A DNA stretch of 64,000 nt, taken from the NCBI GenBank assembly GCA_965198185.1, contig CBDAOU010000001.1:636310-700309 (forward strand), given 5' to 3'. The notes below the pieces were generated by a model that was given only the letters and a program-made list of their open reading frames with translations, had not been told where the DNA came from and searched no databases. The DNA is from Chloroflexota bacterium. GTDB taxonomy: Bacteria > Chloroflexota > UBA11872. Positions 30,746 through 40,590 of the stretch are shown piece by piece (within the stretch, counting starts at the first letter, position 1; every line of letters begins with the position of its first letter). Position numbers and translations under genes: made by a program.

Positions 30746-31933
30746 ATGCAGCCCGTGTCCTATCAGCAGGTCCTAGCCCGGCTGGACCCCGAGGCCATCG
30801 CGCGGGACACGCTGGCCTTTGTCCAAGTTCCCAGTGAGACGGGCGCCGAGGGTGCCGGCGGCGAGTACTTTGCCGCGCTGTGCCAGCGCGCCGAGCTCGA
30901 AATCGAGATCGACCGATTCATCGCCGACCGGCCCAACGTCTACGCACGCCTTCCGGGGACCGAGCGGGGACGTCCGTTGATGTTGAACGGCCACGTGGAC
31001 ACGATTCCGCGCGGCGACAGCGATCCGCCGGAGCTGCGGGACGGCTGGGTGGTGGGGCGCGGCGCGGAGGACATGAAGGGCGGGCTGGTGGCGATGGTGC
31101 ACGCGGCGTCGGCGCTGCGGCGCGCCGGAGTGCGGCTCGGCGCGGACCTTTGGCTGACGGGAGTCGTCGGTCACGAAACGCCGGTGGGCAAGAAGGAAGG
31201 ACCGAAGCGACTGGTGGAGCGCATCCGCGCGGGCGACATCCCGGCGGCGGCGGTGATCATCGCCGAGGGTCCGCACGCCATCTGGACGGCCGGGCTGGGC
31301 GCGGCGATGTTCCGCATCACGCTGAGCAGCGCGCGGGGCATCGTGCACACGCTGCACGTGCCCTACGCCGACAACCCGGCGCGCTGGGCGGGCGCGATGC
31401 TGGAGGAGTTCGCGGCTTGGGAAGCGCGGTTCGAGGACGAGACGCCGCATCCGCTCTGTGGGCGGCAGCGGGTCGACATCGGCCTGGTCGCGGGCGGCGA
31501 CTATCCCAACCGTCTGCCGACGCCCCTCACGCTGCGGGGCACGCGGCGCTGGCGGCACGGATTGACGGCGGCGGACATTGAGTCGGAGCTGCGGGACCTC
31601 TGCCGGCGCATCGAGGAACGGTCGGGGCTGCAGGCGACGTTTTCGCTGGACGCGCCGCACGAGCCCTTCGAGACGCCCGCGGACCACGCGCTGGTGCGGG
31701 CCTTGGAGGCCGCGGCGACGACCGCCACCGGCGCCACGCTGCCACGGATCGGCCTGGGCCTGGTGACCGACGCCAACATCTACGCCAACGACGCGTCGCT
31801 GCCGGTGGTCTGCTGCGGCCCCGAGTACGCCACGGCCCACTCCGACAACGAGCGCGTGTCGGTCGAGCGTCTGCACCGAACCGCCGCGCTTTACGCGCTC
31901 GCGGCTATGGAGTTCTGCGGCGTCGAGGGCTGA
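30746..31933 (+). CDS. M20 family metallopeptidase/deacylase (ArgE/DapE-like)
   Basis: NGHVDT, GRGAEDMKGG, IAEG, TDA and AHSDNE motifs. Confidence 0.88.
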   Translation: MQPVSYQQVLARLDPEAIARDTLAFVQVPSETGAEGAGGEYFAALCQRAELEIEIDRFIADRPNVYARLPGTERGRPLMLNGHVDTIPRGDSDPPELRDGWVVGRGAEDMKGGLVAMVHAASALRRAGVRLGADLWLTGVVGHETPVGKKEGPKRLVERIRAGDIPAAAVIIAEGPHAIWTAGLGAAMFRITLSSARGIVHTLHVPYADNPARWAGAMLEEFAAWEARFEDETPHPLCGRQRVDIGLVAGGDYPNRLPTPLTLRGTRRWRHGLTAADIESELRDLCRRIEERSGLQATFSLDAPHEPFETPADHALVRALEAAATTATGATLPRIGLGLVTDANIYANDASLPVVCCGPEYATAHSDNERVSVERLHRTAALYALAAMEFCGVEG

Positions 31934-32279
31934 CGACACGGGCCTGAAGCCGGGGAGTCGCGGTGCGCGACGAGCGGTGGAAACACGTGGACTACCGCGG
32001 CTTTGCGCCGTGGCTCTTCGACCGGGTGGACGACCCGGAAGAGCGCCACGACTTTGCCGCCGACCCGAAGTCGGACGGCTTGACTTAGTGGGAATAAGAC
32101 GTTGGGCCAAGAGATTATTCCCTTGACCAGTGGTATGCATTGCATTATCCTCCTCTAGCAAGGGAGTAGTCCATTGGTGAGGCGCATGAAATTCAACTTC
32201 ACCGTGGATGTGCGCGGCATTGATACCGATTCTCTTTTCCGGCGCCTCTACGAGGTCCGCACGCACGGTGGGCAATCCC

Positions 32280-33083
32280 ATGTCTGACCGGCGCTACACG
32301 ATGGCTAAGCCGTACTGGCGCCAGCTGCTGGACTCGGCGCGTGTCGTGCGAGGTGTCTTGGGGGCGGCGCTCGCCCTGTGGGTCATTCTGCGCATGTTGG
32401 GGATTCTCGACGCTTGGGACCTGCTGACACTCACTTTGGTCATCGCCGGTCTCGCCTGGCTGATTGACCTCGGCCCGCGCAACCCGTCCGGGTGGCTTGT
32501 GGTCGGCGCCGGCATCCTGGTGCAGGTGAGCCATCGCGGCGCGTTCAGCGGCGGCGTGCAGCTGGGCATTTGGCTGGCCTTCGCGATCGTTGCCTTGGGC
32601 GCCCTGTGGCAAAACGGGACCATCCGCACGCGTCGCACGGTGCGCTTGCGAGGGTGGAAAGACAGCCACGTGGATCTCAATTACACCGGGGGCACGCTGC
32701 GCGCCAGGGGCGACGTCCGGCGGGGCGAGATTACCTGTCGGCTGTGCGACGTCGTTGTCGATCTGCGGTACGCCGACATCACCCGTCCGCCGGCGATCCT
32801 CGATGTGACGTGCGTCGTGGGCCGGCTGGATTTGGTGGTACCGATCTGGTGGCGTGTCGGCCAAAACGTCAACACCACGCTCTCGCGCCTGGTGCTCGAG
32901 GCGCGCCTTGCCGGGGAACACGGCAGTCCCAGGTCCGGCTCGTGGATTGGGCGCATGCGGCCGGTCGGAAGCCGTAGGCGCGGCGTCCGCGAGGGCGGAG
33001 ACCCGGAGCCGGACGCGGGCTTCGTGAACCTGCTGGTGCAAGGGTCGTCGCACCTGGGCCGCATCCGGATTCGCCACACCTGA
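32280..33083 (+). CDS. Membrane protein with LiaF/DUF2154-like C-terminal domain, copy 1
   Basis: Four predicted TM helices followed by VVVDLR.A......LDV.C.VG..DLVVP..W.V; same 804-bp length as copy 2. Confidence 0.6.
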   Translation: MSDRRYTMAKPYWRQLLDSARVVRGVLGAALALWVILRMLGILDAWDLLTLTLVIAGLAWLIDLGPRNPSGWLVVGAGILVQVSHRGAFSGGVQLGIWLAFAIVALGALWQNGTIRTRRTVRLRGWKDSHVDLNYTGGTLRARGDVRRGEITCRLCDVVVDLRYADITRPPAILDVTCVVGRLDLVVPIWWRVGQNVNTTLSRLVLEARLAGEHGSPRSGSWIGRMRPVGSRRRGVREGGDPEPDAGFVNLLVQGSSHLGRIRIRHT

Positions 33084-33175
33084 CGACCGGCGTTCGCTAG
33101 GACGGGCCACTCATCGATCCTCCGGTTATTCGGAGCGCCAGCGAGGAATCTGCGGCCATCCCGGTGACCTCGATG

Positions 33176-33311
33176 GCTGCCGGTGGTCTGCTGCGGCCCG
33201 GAGTACGCCACGGCCCACTCGGACCATGAGCGCGTGTCGGTCGAGCGCCTACACCGGACCGCCGCGCGGTACGCCCTGGTGGCGATGGAGTCTTGCGGCG
33301 TAGAGGGCTAA
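33176..33311 (+). repeat. Duplicated 3' end (about 136 bp) of the M20 peptidase gene
   Basis: gctgccggtggtctgctgcggc...gagggctaa aligns with 31798-31933 gctgccggtggtctgctgcggc...gagggctga. Confidence 0.9.
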
Positions 33312-33475
33312 GGCGAATCCGTCGGCGGCCAATTGCGCGACCTGCTCTCGTGCTCCTTACTGAGCCATCCGAGGTACCGGAAGACACGCCACAGCACCGC
33401 CACCAATAGAAAGAACCCCAGCGCCAGCACCACGTACACGGCGATGATCAGGATCTCGAGCGGTCCGAGCGGCAT
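33308..33475 (-). CDS. Small single-TM membrane protein (55 aa)
   Basis: GGAGG RBS; MPLGPLEILIIAVYVVLALGFFLLVAVLWRVFR. Confidence 0.6.
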   Translation of the reverse strand: MPLGPLEILIIAVYVVLALGFFLLVAVLWRVFRYLGWLSKEHESRSRNWPPTDSP

Positions 33476-33711
33476 TTCTAACCTCCGCGTCATTGGCCTG
33501 GTGGACGCCGCACGCCGTCCAAGCTAGCGCGCCGGCGGGCTCCGTCGCGCGGTCCGACCAAATCGACGCTTTGCTAGGCTCCAAATTGAGGAGTGCTGCA
33601 TGCAATTCACCGGGCATCTGTCACGGGACGAGCGCAGGTTCAGCACCGGCGCAATGCGCGATTCCTCGAAGGCCGGTCGCACGATCCAATGCGCCCACAA
33701 GGGTCGTCCGA

Positions 33712-34515
33712 ATGCCTGACCGGCGCTACACGATGGCTAAGCCGTTCTGGCGCCAGCTGCTGGACTCGCCACGTTTCATGCGAGCGGCCTTTGGCATGTC
33801 CGTGTTCTTTTGGATCATCCTGCGCATCACCGGGGTCCTCGATATCTGGGACCTGCTGACGATGATGCTGGTGCTCTTTGGTCTCACCTGGATGAATGAC
33901 CTCGGTCTACTCAATCCGGTCGGATGGCTTGCGGTTGGCGCCGGAATCCTGGTGCAGGTGAGCCATCTTGGCGAGTTCAGCGGCAGCGTGCAGCTGGGCA
34001 TTTGGCTGGCCTTCGCGATTGTTGCCTTGGGCGCCCTGTGGCAAAACGGGACCATCCGCACGCGTCGGACGGTGCGCTTGCGGGGGTGGAAAGACAGCCA
34101 CGTGGATCTCACCTACACCGGGGGCACGCTGCGCGCCAAGGGCGACGTCCGGCGGGGCGAGATCACCTGCCGGCTGTGCGACGTCGTTGTCGATCTGCGC
34201 TACGTCGACATCACGCGTCCGCCGGCAATCCTCGACGTGACGTGCGTCGCGGGTCGGCTGGATTTGGTCGTCCCGATATGGTGGCGCGTCGGCCAAAACG
34301 TGAACACCACGCTCTCGCGCTTGGTGCTCGAGGCGCGCCTCGCCGGGGAACACGGCAGCCCCAGCCCGCGCACGTGGTTTGCGCCGATTCGGCCGGGCGG
34401 CAGCGGTAGACCCGGCGTCAGTCAAGGCGGCGATCCGGAGCCGGACGCGGGCTTTGTGAACCTCTTGGTGCAGGGGTCGTCACACCTGGGCAGGGTGCGG
34501 ATTCGCCACGCCTGA
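33712..34515 (+). CDS. Membrane protein with LiaF/DUF2154-like C-terminal domain, copy 2
   Basis: Paralog of 32280-33083; central region nearly identical at DNA level. Confidence 0.6.
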   Translation: MPDRRYTMAKPFWRQLLDSPRFMRAAFGMSVFFWIILRITGVLDIWDLLTMMLVLFGLTWMNDLGLLNPVGWLAVGAGILVQVSHLGEFSGSVQLGIWLAFAIVALGALWQNGTIRTRRTVRLRGWKDSHVDLTYTGGTLRAKGDVRRGEITCRLCDVVVDLRYVDITRPPAILDVTCVAGRLDLVVPIWWRVGQNVNTTLSRLVLEARLAGEHGSPSPRTWFAPIRPGGSGRPGVSQGGDPEPDAGFVNLLVQGSSHLGRVRIRHA

Positions 34516-34556
34516 CGACGGGCGGTCGCTACGACGCGTCCACCCGTCCACTTCCG

Positions 34557-34674
34557 GTCATTCCGAGCGCCAGCGAGGAATCTGCGGCCGTCGCGGTGAC
34601 CTCGGCGGCAGCCGGTGACTCATCCCTGCGCCTCGGGTCGAACGTCTGAGATTCCTCGCGATGCTCGGTATGAC
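34557..34674. repeat. REPIN-like inverted repeat (GTCATTCCGAGC..GCGAGGAATCT / AGATTCCTCGC..GCTCGGTATGAC); half copy at 33125-33151
   Basis: About 26-bp imperfect inverted arms around a ~65-bp spacer, between convergent genes. Confidence 0.72.
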
Positions 34675-34787
34675 AACCGGGGCAATCGGAACGCGAGCGA
34701 AGGGACCGAGTTCCCAGGCTGCACGCAGCCCGGGCCACCGGGAAGCGTGGGCCACCGGCCGAGGCTCGAAGTTGAGATAGGAAGCGA

Positions 34788-35639
34788 TTAGCCTTCGGGC
34801 GCGATGAGGATCTCGTTGCGGGCGCGGAGGGCCAGCGTCTCGTTGTAGAGCGTGGGCGGTCGGCGTGGCAACGGCGGCGCGGTGGGCGTTTTGGATGGAT
34901 CGCGGAGCGCCCGGCGGTCCCGCCCCCGCACTTCCCACCACCAGTGCTCAGTTGCCAGCGGCTCGACCTCCCGGCGGAGAATGAACTCCGCGCGGTCCCA
35001 GGCGCTGAAGGCCGCGTGGGCCAGAAAGACCCGCGACACCATGGCGCCGTCCCACTCTTCGAGATCGGGCAGCGCCAGCGGCCCCGTGTCGACTTGAAAC
35101 TGGCCCTTCGTCCGCTCGATGTTGATCGTGCGAATCGGGTATTCCAGCGTGACGGTCAGCCCCCGCGCGCCGTCGTGGTAGGTCGTGCGGGCGTTCAAGC
35201 GTTGCCCAGCCCGCACCGCGCGCATCACCTCGCGGGTGTCGCGTGTCGGCTTCGAGCCTGAAACCACGTGGGTCGTGAAATGCGTGCCGGCGAAGCGGCC
35301 GGCGTGAGGCGTGGGGGCGGTCGGCTCGCGCTCCGCAGACGGGCGCGTGGCGATGGGGATGCCGTGCGTGCGGCTGAGCACCACCCGGAACTCCTGGCTG
35401 GGGACCTGGAACAGGTTGCGGTCGGCGATGGTGTACTCGGCAAGACAGGGTTGCAGCAGGAAGATTTCAAGCGGCGGCGCGTCATCCTCGCCGCGGATCG
35501 TGCACACGGCGTCGTAGCCGATGCGCACGTGATAAGCGTCGCCCGGCTGGCCCACGAAGCCGCCGGGGTACTTGTAGACCGGGTCCGGCCGGTGGGGCAG
35601 GTGGTCCCAGGTGAAATGCGAGCGCGCGAAGTCGATCAT
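34788..35639 (-). CDS. Hypothetical protein, paralog of 35636-36487
   Basis: 283 aa; shared MIDF.RS..TW, PDPVY.YPGGFVG.PG, NLFQVP..EFR, RLNAR..Y, EYPI and RVFLAHAAF motifs. Confidence 0.75.
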   Translation of the reverse strand: MIDFARSHFTWDHLPHRPDPVYKYPGGFVGQPGDAYHVRIGYDAVCTIRGEDDAPPLEIFLLQPCLAEYTIADRNLFQVPSQEFRVVLSRTHGIPIATRPSAEREPTAPTPHAGRFAGTHFTTHVVSGSKPTRDTREVMRAVRAGQRLNARTTYHDGARGLTVTLEYPIRTINIERTKGQFQVDTGPLALPDLEEWDGAMVSRVFLAHAAFSAWDRAEFILRREVEPLATEHWWWEVRGRDRRALRDPSKTPTAPPLPRRPPTLYNETLALRARNEILIAPEG

Positions 35640-36487
35640 TGGCGCACCGATTCAGAGGCCCGCAGGATGGTGTTGACCGCCGCCAATTCCCAGGTTTCGT
35701 AGTAGCCGGACGCGCGCGGGCGGGGCCGTTCGGGTTCGACTCCCGGCACGTGCCGCTCGTACCGATCACGCCCGCGCACGGCGGCCGCCCAGGCCAGGTC
35801 GTGCTCGGCCACCTCGATGCTCCGCCGCAGGATGAACTCCACGTGATCGTCGGCGGCGAAGGCCGCGTGGGCCAGGAAGACCCGATCGACTCCAGCGCCA
35901 TCCCAAGTGGTCAGGTCTGGGAGCGCCACCGCGCCGGTGCACACCTGATAGCGGCCGCCGCCGGCGTGCAGGTTGATGAGCTTTATCGGGTATTCGACGG
36001 TCACCGCGAGGCCCTGCACGTTATCTCGGTAGGTGGATCGGGCGTTGAGGCGGTCGCCCGCCAGGGAGGACGCGACGATCGCGTCGTCGGTCACGAGCGC
36101 CGCGGCATCGAGCGTGCGCACGTCGATGGCGACTCCGCGAACCGCGCCGCCGATGGGCTGCCGCCGCGTGCCCTCGTCATGCCAGCTGGGCTCGGCGGCG
36201 ATGGGGACCGTGAACGCGTCGCTGACGGCGGCGCGGAACTCGCCGTTGGGCACCTGAAACAGGTTGTCGTCGGCGATGATGAACTCGGAGCGGCAGGGCG
36301 CGGTGAGATAGATCGTGCACGCGGTACCCCGCGCCTCATCGACGATCTCGCAGCCGGCGTCGATCTGGAGTCGGCTGGTGGTGGCCTCGCCCGGCTCGCC
36401 GACAAAACCGCCCGGATAGGCATAGACCGGGTCGGGCTCGGCCCACTCGATCGTCCAGGTGATGAAGGATCGGTTGAAGTCGATCAT
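35636..36487 (-). CDS. Hypothetical protein, paralog of 34788-35639
   Basis: 283 aa; ATGA overlap with the downstream paralog. Confidence 0.75.
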   Translation of the reverse strand: MIDFNRSFITWTIEWAEPDPVYAYPGGFVGEPGEATTSRLQIDAGCEIVDEARGTACTIYLTAPCRSEFIIADDNLFQVPNGEFRAAVSDAFTVPIAAEPSWHDEGTRRQPIGGAVRGVAIDVRTLDAAALVTDDAIVASSLAGDRLNARSTYRDNVQGLAVTVEYPIKLINLHAGGGRYQVCTGAVALPDLTTWDGAGVDRVFLAHAAFAADDHVEFILRRSIEVAEHDLAWAAAVRGRDRYERHVPGVEPERPRPRASGYYETWELAAVNTILRASESVRQ

Positions 36488-37103
36488 GGATCAGCCGGCG
36501 GAGCCTGGCGCATCCCCCACGGTGGACCTCTCCCTGCCACGGCGCCCGGGCTGGTGAGGATAGCCCGGCGGCGGCGGGATCGACTATCCATCGGCGCACG
36601 CCGTAGCTGTCCGGTCCCGGATCGCGCCACGAGCGGGATGTCCGCGAACGTATCGATCTCGAAGCTCCTCCGGTGCCTTATTGCTTGACGAACGCGGCGG
36701 GGAGTCCACCACCCGAGGTTCCCTTCGTAGGGATGCGCTGCCAAGCAGCAGCGCGTGAGTGGGGTGGAATCCGCTGCGAACTGGAAGCCCGAGATCGTGT
36801 TTGACAAGTTACCGCTCGAACATTCGCAGGCCATAATAGACACCAAGAACTCAAGTGTTCATAGGCGGTGGACTTGAAGCTGGTTCGAAGTGGAGTGTGA
36901 TCTTTCTCGCATGTGGTATCGCGACCTACGTCCACGGTTCAAGCCACGTTTTCGGTCGGCCTATATGCCCCCGTGTGCGGTCCTTCTTCGTTGTCTCGCA
37001 CTCCCGCAAAGTGGTAGCATGGTAGATATCGGGGAGTGCCGTGAGAGGGGGGCGTATGCGTGACGCGGAGACCACGGTGCCTATCCAAAGAAGGAGGACC
37101 GCC

Positions 37104-37373
37104 ATGCCCCCACGGCGCCCACGTGAAGAGGCGGTCCGCCTCGGCAAGGAGAAATACCACCGGGACATCCTGCCTCAGGTCGAGGCTGACCACTTTGGAG
37201 AGTACGTCGCCATCGACATTGAGACCGGGGACTGGGCCGTTGCCGACACGACCCGCGTTGCGGTGGAGCGGCTGCGAGCGCGGCGGCCCGATGCTGTCGA
37301 TGTCTTGTGTGAGCGCGTCGGATACCGGGCGTTGCGCAGCTTCGGGGCCGGGTCCCTGCGGAAGACCGGGTGA
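37104..37373 (+). CDS. Small hypothetical protein coupled to an aspartic protease (DUF5678-like)
   Basis: AAGGAGG RBS; GEYVAIDIETGDW.VAD...RVGY; GTGA overlap with the next gene. Confidence 0.7.
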   Translation: MPPRRPREEAVRLGKEKYHRDILPQVEADHFGEYVAIDIETGDWAVADTTRVAVERLRARRPDAVDVLCERVGYRALRSFGAGSLRKTG

Positions 37374-37741
37374 TCGAGGGGGTTGTGAATGCCGCCCGTG
37401 AAGCAGTGGTTCCCCTACACCTACAGGGGCCAGAGGGGCGGACCCGGGAGATCGAGGCCGTGGTCGACACCGGCTACAGCGGTTTCTTGACGCTGCCAAC
37501 TGCGTTGGTGGACGAGATAGGGTTGCCGTTCGCTTACATTGGCCAGGCGCTTCTGGCCAACGACGCTGCGGTCGATTTCGACGTTCACTACGTCACCGTG
37601 CTCTGGGACGGCCAACCGAGAGACATCGAGGCCGACGCGACGGGCAGCACCCCTCTCGTGGGCATGCTGCTCCTAGACAGGCATGACCTGAGCATCCAGG
37701 TTCGGGACGGCGGGCGAGTCCTCATTCAGGCTACGGCATAG
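37370..37741 (+). CDS. Clan AA aspartic protease
   Basis: AVVDTGYSG catalytic motif and PLVGMLLL. Confidence 0.85.
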   Translation: MIEGVVNAAREAVVPLHLQGPEGRTREIEAVVDTGYSGFLTLPTALVDEIGLPFAYIGQALLANDAAVDFDVHYVTVLWDGQPRDIEADATGSTPLVGMLLLDRHDLSIQVRDGGRVLIQATA

Positions 37742-37755
37742 ATAATGAATATCGC

Positions 37756-38793
37756 ATGGCTGATGGGATGAGCGAACGGCTGGACATTGCCTACTACTAT
37801 CCCGCGCCCTTTTGGGGCATGGGCGAAGGCAGCTGGATAGAGTCGCTGCTCCTGTTCTTCGATAAGGTCTCCATCCTGCTGCCGGGCTATATATACGGGC
37901 GACATCATTCCGCCGACCCCGTGTTGGCCGAGCCGCTGGAAGACTAAGGTTTGCTGGAGGTGCTCGAACCCAACAAGTGGATAGACCAGGACATGACGAA
38001 GAAGCTGGTAGAGACTGTCAGCGACCTGCTTGCTAACGGTGTGTTCGACAACCTTCCCGGAGAAGTCTATTTCCACGAATTGTCTCAGTCCCGCATGGGC
38101 TACGGGGCCGATGTTGATCTGGCTGAGTCGCTGATATCGAGACTTCGGGCGAAGGGGCTTGCGAAACCGAGCGAGGATGGCGTCTCGATACCCCTCCACC
38201 CGACCGTACGCACGACCATCCTCGTCATCCTCGCCCAACTTGCGCGCTCGGCAGGCAACAAACATAACCTGTCCGTCCACCCTGCTACCCAAGACGGACG
38301 CGCCCTCAAAGACCTCATTGATACCTTATCGAACGAGCGGATGCCTTCCCGCGGCAATGTAGTTGCCCTTGACCTCGAACCCGTCAGCTTCAACCTGGAC
38401 CCAGTGCCTCTTGACGAACTCCTACAATTCCGAGCCGAGCACCATGAGGCGCACCGGGTTTATATGCGTAACCTGCGAGGGTTCATGATGGAGCTTTCCG
38501 ACATCGATAGCCTGGAGGATAGAGCGGCCCTTCTCCTACAGCGACGCCAGGAAATCTCCGACGCTGCTCACGAACTCCAACGCTCTACTCGAATAGCACT
38601 GGGAGTAAACCTTGCCTCATGGTCCCTGGGAATCGCTGGCAGCGCATGGTCGGCTACGACTGGCGACCCGCTCGGAGCCGTGCTTGCGACGTTGGGGCTA
38701 GGCTCAAGCATCGTCGGCTTGGTGGCCACGTCCTCGAACAAGGTCACCGCTTACTCCTATCTGTTTCACGTGCAACGCACCTTTGCGGGGTAA
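37756..38793 (+). pseudogene. Hypothetical (DUF6236-like) gene with in-frame TAA at 37945-37947
   Basis: ORFs 37756-37947 and 37951-38793 are in the same frame (EPLED*GLLEVL); YYP....W...LLLFFDKV..LLP N-terminus, hydrophobic C-terminus, lower GC. Confidence 0.6.
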
Positions 38794-38889
38794 CCACACG
38801 CAGTTCCGTCCTGCCGACGATCCAATGAAACGGTCCCACGGCGGTTCCGGGAGTACCCTAGGCCCCATGCCGCACTTCCAAAACCCGGC

Positions 38890-40578
38890 ATGAGCAGCCT
38901 CACCGGCGCGGTGTGGGACATCCGCCGCCGCGCGCCGAAGGAGCTCTTTGCGCGGCTGGGGGACGTTCCGCCGCTGGCGGTGCAACTGCTGCACAACCGG
39001 GGCTACGGCGACGAGGCGGCGATCCGCGAGTTCCTGGACGGCCCGCTGCCGCCGCACGATCCCTACCTGCTCGACGGCATGGACGCGGCGGTGACGCGCG
39101 TGGCGCAGGCGCTCGCGCAGGGCGAGCGCGTCTACGTGTACGGCGACTATGACGTGGATGGCGTCACCGGCACGGCGCTGCTGCTGGAGACCTTCGAAAT
39201 GCTGGGCGCCGCCGCCACGCCCTACATTCCCGAGCGGCTGACCGAGGGCTACGGCCTCAACCACGACGCGATCGACGCGATTGGCGCTCAGGGCCCCGGG
39301 CTCATGGTGACGGTGGACTGCGGGATCGGCAGCGCGGATGTGATTGCGCGCGCGCGAGCGCACGGGATCGACACGATCGTGACGGATCACCATATCGGCG
39401 ACGGCGCTGACAGCGGCGCGGTGGCGGTGCTGAACCCCAACCAGCCGGGCGGCGCGTATCCGTTTCCGGGGCTCTCCGGCGTGGGCGTGGCCTACAAGCT
39501 GGTGCAGGCGCTGGCGGAGGAGATGCCGGAGCGCCTGCCGTATCCCGAGGAGTTTCTCGACCTCGTGGCCCTGGGCACCGTCGCGGACATGGCCCCGATC
39601 CGGGACGAGAACCGCACGTTCGTGGCCGAGGGTCTGGAAGCGCTTCGCAAAACCCAGCGCCGAGGTCTGCACGCGCTGGGTGAGGTTGCCCGTCGTCCCG
39701 TTTCACGCATCGACGCCGCCGACATTGCCTTTGGCTATGCGCCGCGACTCAATGCCGCCGGCCGGCTGGCGCGCGCCGATCTGGCGCTGCAATTGCTGCA
39801 AGCTCGCCAGTCAGTCGAGGCCGAATCGGTGGCCCACGAGCTGGACAACCTCAACATCGAGCGCCGCCGCCTGACGCAGCTGGTGATGGACGCGGCCGCG
39901 GCGCAGATCGACCCGGCCGAGCCCTTGGTCTTTGCCATCGGCGAGGAGTTTCCGCTGGGCGTCGTCGGGTTGGCGGCGGGCCGGCTGGTGGAGCAGACGG
40001 GGCTGCCCGCGTTCGTGGGGGCGCATGTGAACGGTGTCGTGCGCGGATCGGCGCGGGCGCCGGAGGGCGTTGGCCTAGCCGACGTGCTTGGCACGCAGGC
40101 GGAGGTACTTGATGCCTGGGGCGGGCACACCCAGGCGGCCGGGTTCACCGTGCGGCCCGAGCGCGTGGATGAGCTGCGCGATGGCCTGGCACGAGAGTTG
40201 GAGCGCGCCGGCGTGAAGGCGCCGGCCGAGCCGCGCTTGGACGCCGACTGCCGTGTCTATCCACGCACGGTGACCTGGGAGACCTACGAAATGACGCAGC
40301 AACTCGGGCCGTTCGGCGAGGCGCATGCCGAACCGCGGTTCGTGGTGGAGAATATTGCTATCGACGAGACGCGCGTCGTCGGCTCGACGCATCTGGCGCT
40401 GCGCTTCGCGGAACTGGGCGCCGATGTGGAGGGGATCTGGTTCGGGCAGGCGGACTTGCGCGCTGCGCTGCCGCCGGGTCGGCGCTGCGACGCCGCGTTT
40501 CGTCTAAATCTGCGCACGTTCAACGGCGAAACGCGGTTGCAAATGCTGATCGACGACATCCGCCACACGGCGGCCTAG
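38890..40578 (+). CDS. recJ: Single-stranded-DNA-specific exonuclease RecJ
   Basis: YGDYDVDG, EGYGL, TVDCG, TDHH, LGTVAD, PRLNAAGRL, GSAR, GGH.QAAG. Confidence 0.96.
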   Translation: MSSLTGAVWDIRRRAPKELFARLGDVPPLAVQLLHNRGYGDEAAIREFLDGPLPPHDPYLLDGMDAAVTRVAQALAQGERVYVYGDYDVDGVTGTALLLETFEMLGAAATPYIPERLTEGYGLNHDAIDAIGAQGPGLMVTVDCGIGSADVIARARAHGIDTIVTDHHIGDGADSGAVAVLNPNQPGGAYPFPGLSGVGVAYKLVQALAEEMPERLPYPEEFLDLVALGTVADMAPIRDENRTFVAEGLEALRKTQRRGLHALGEVARRPVSRIDAADIAFGYAPRLNAAGRLARADLALQLLQARQSVEAESVAHELDNLNIERRRLTQLVMDAAAAQIDPAEPLVFAIGEEFPLGVVGLAAGRLVEQTGLPAFVGAHVNGVVRGSARAPEGVGLADVLGTQAEVLDAWGGHTQAAGFTVRPERVDELRDGLARELERAGVKAPAEPRLDADCRVYPRTVTWETYEMTQQLGPFGEAHAEPRFVVENIAIDETRVVGSTHLALRFAELGADVEGIWFGQADLRAALPPGRRCDAAFRLNLRTFNGETRLQMLIDDIRHTAA

Positions 40579-40590
40579 CGGAGGCGTCGC

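Noticed and set aside
32280-34515. Diversity-generating retroelement (TR/VR pair) as the cause of the paralog differences
   Set aside because: No reverse transcriptase is present, differences are not adenine-specific by inspection, and whole genes are duplicated.
36490-37040. Short ORFs in the AT-richer intergenic region
   Set aside because: No RBS, motif or coding-like composition supports them.
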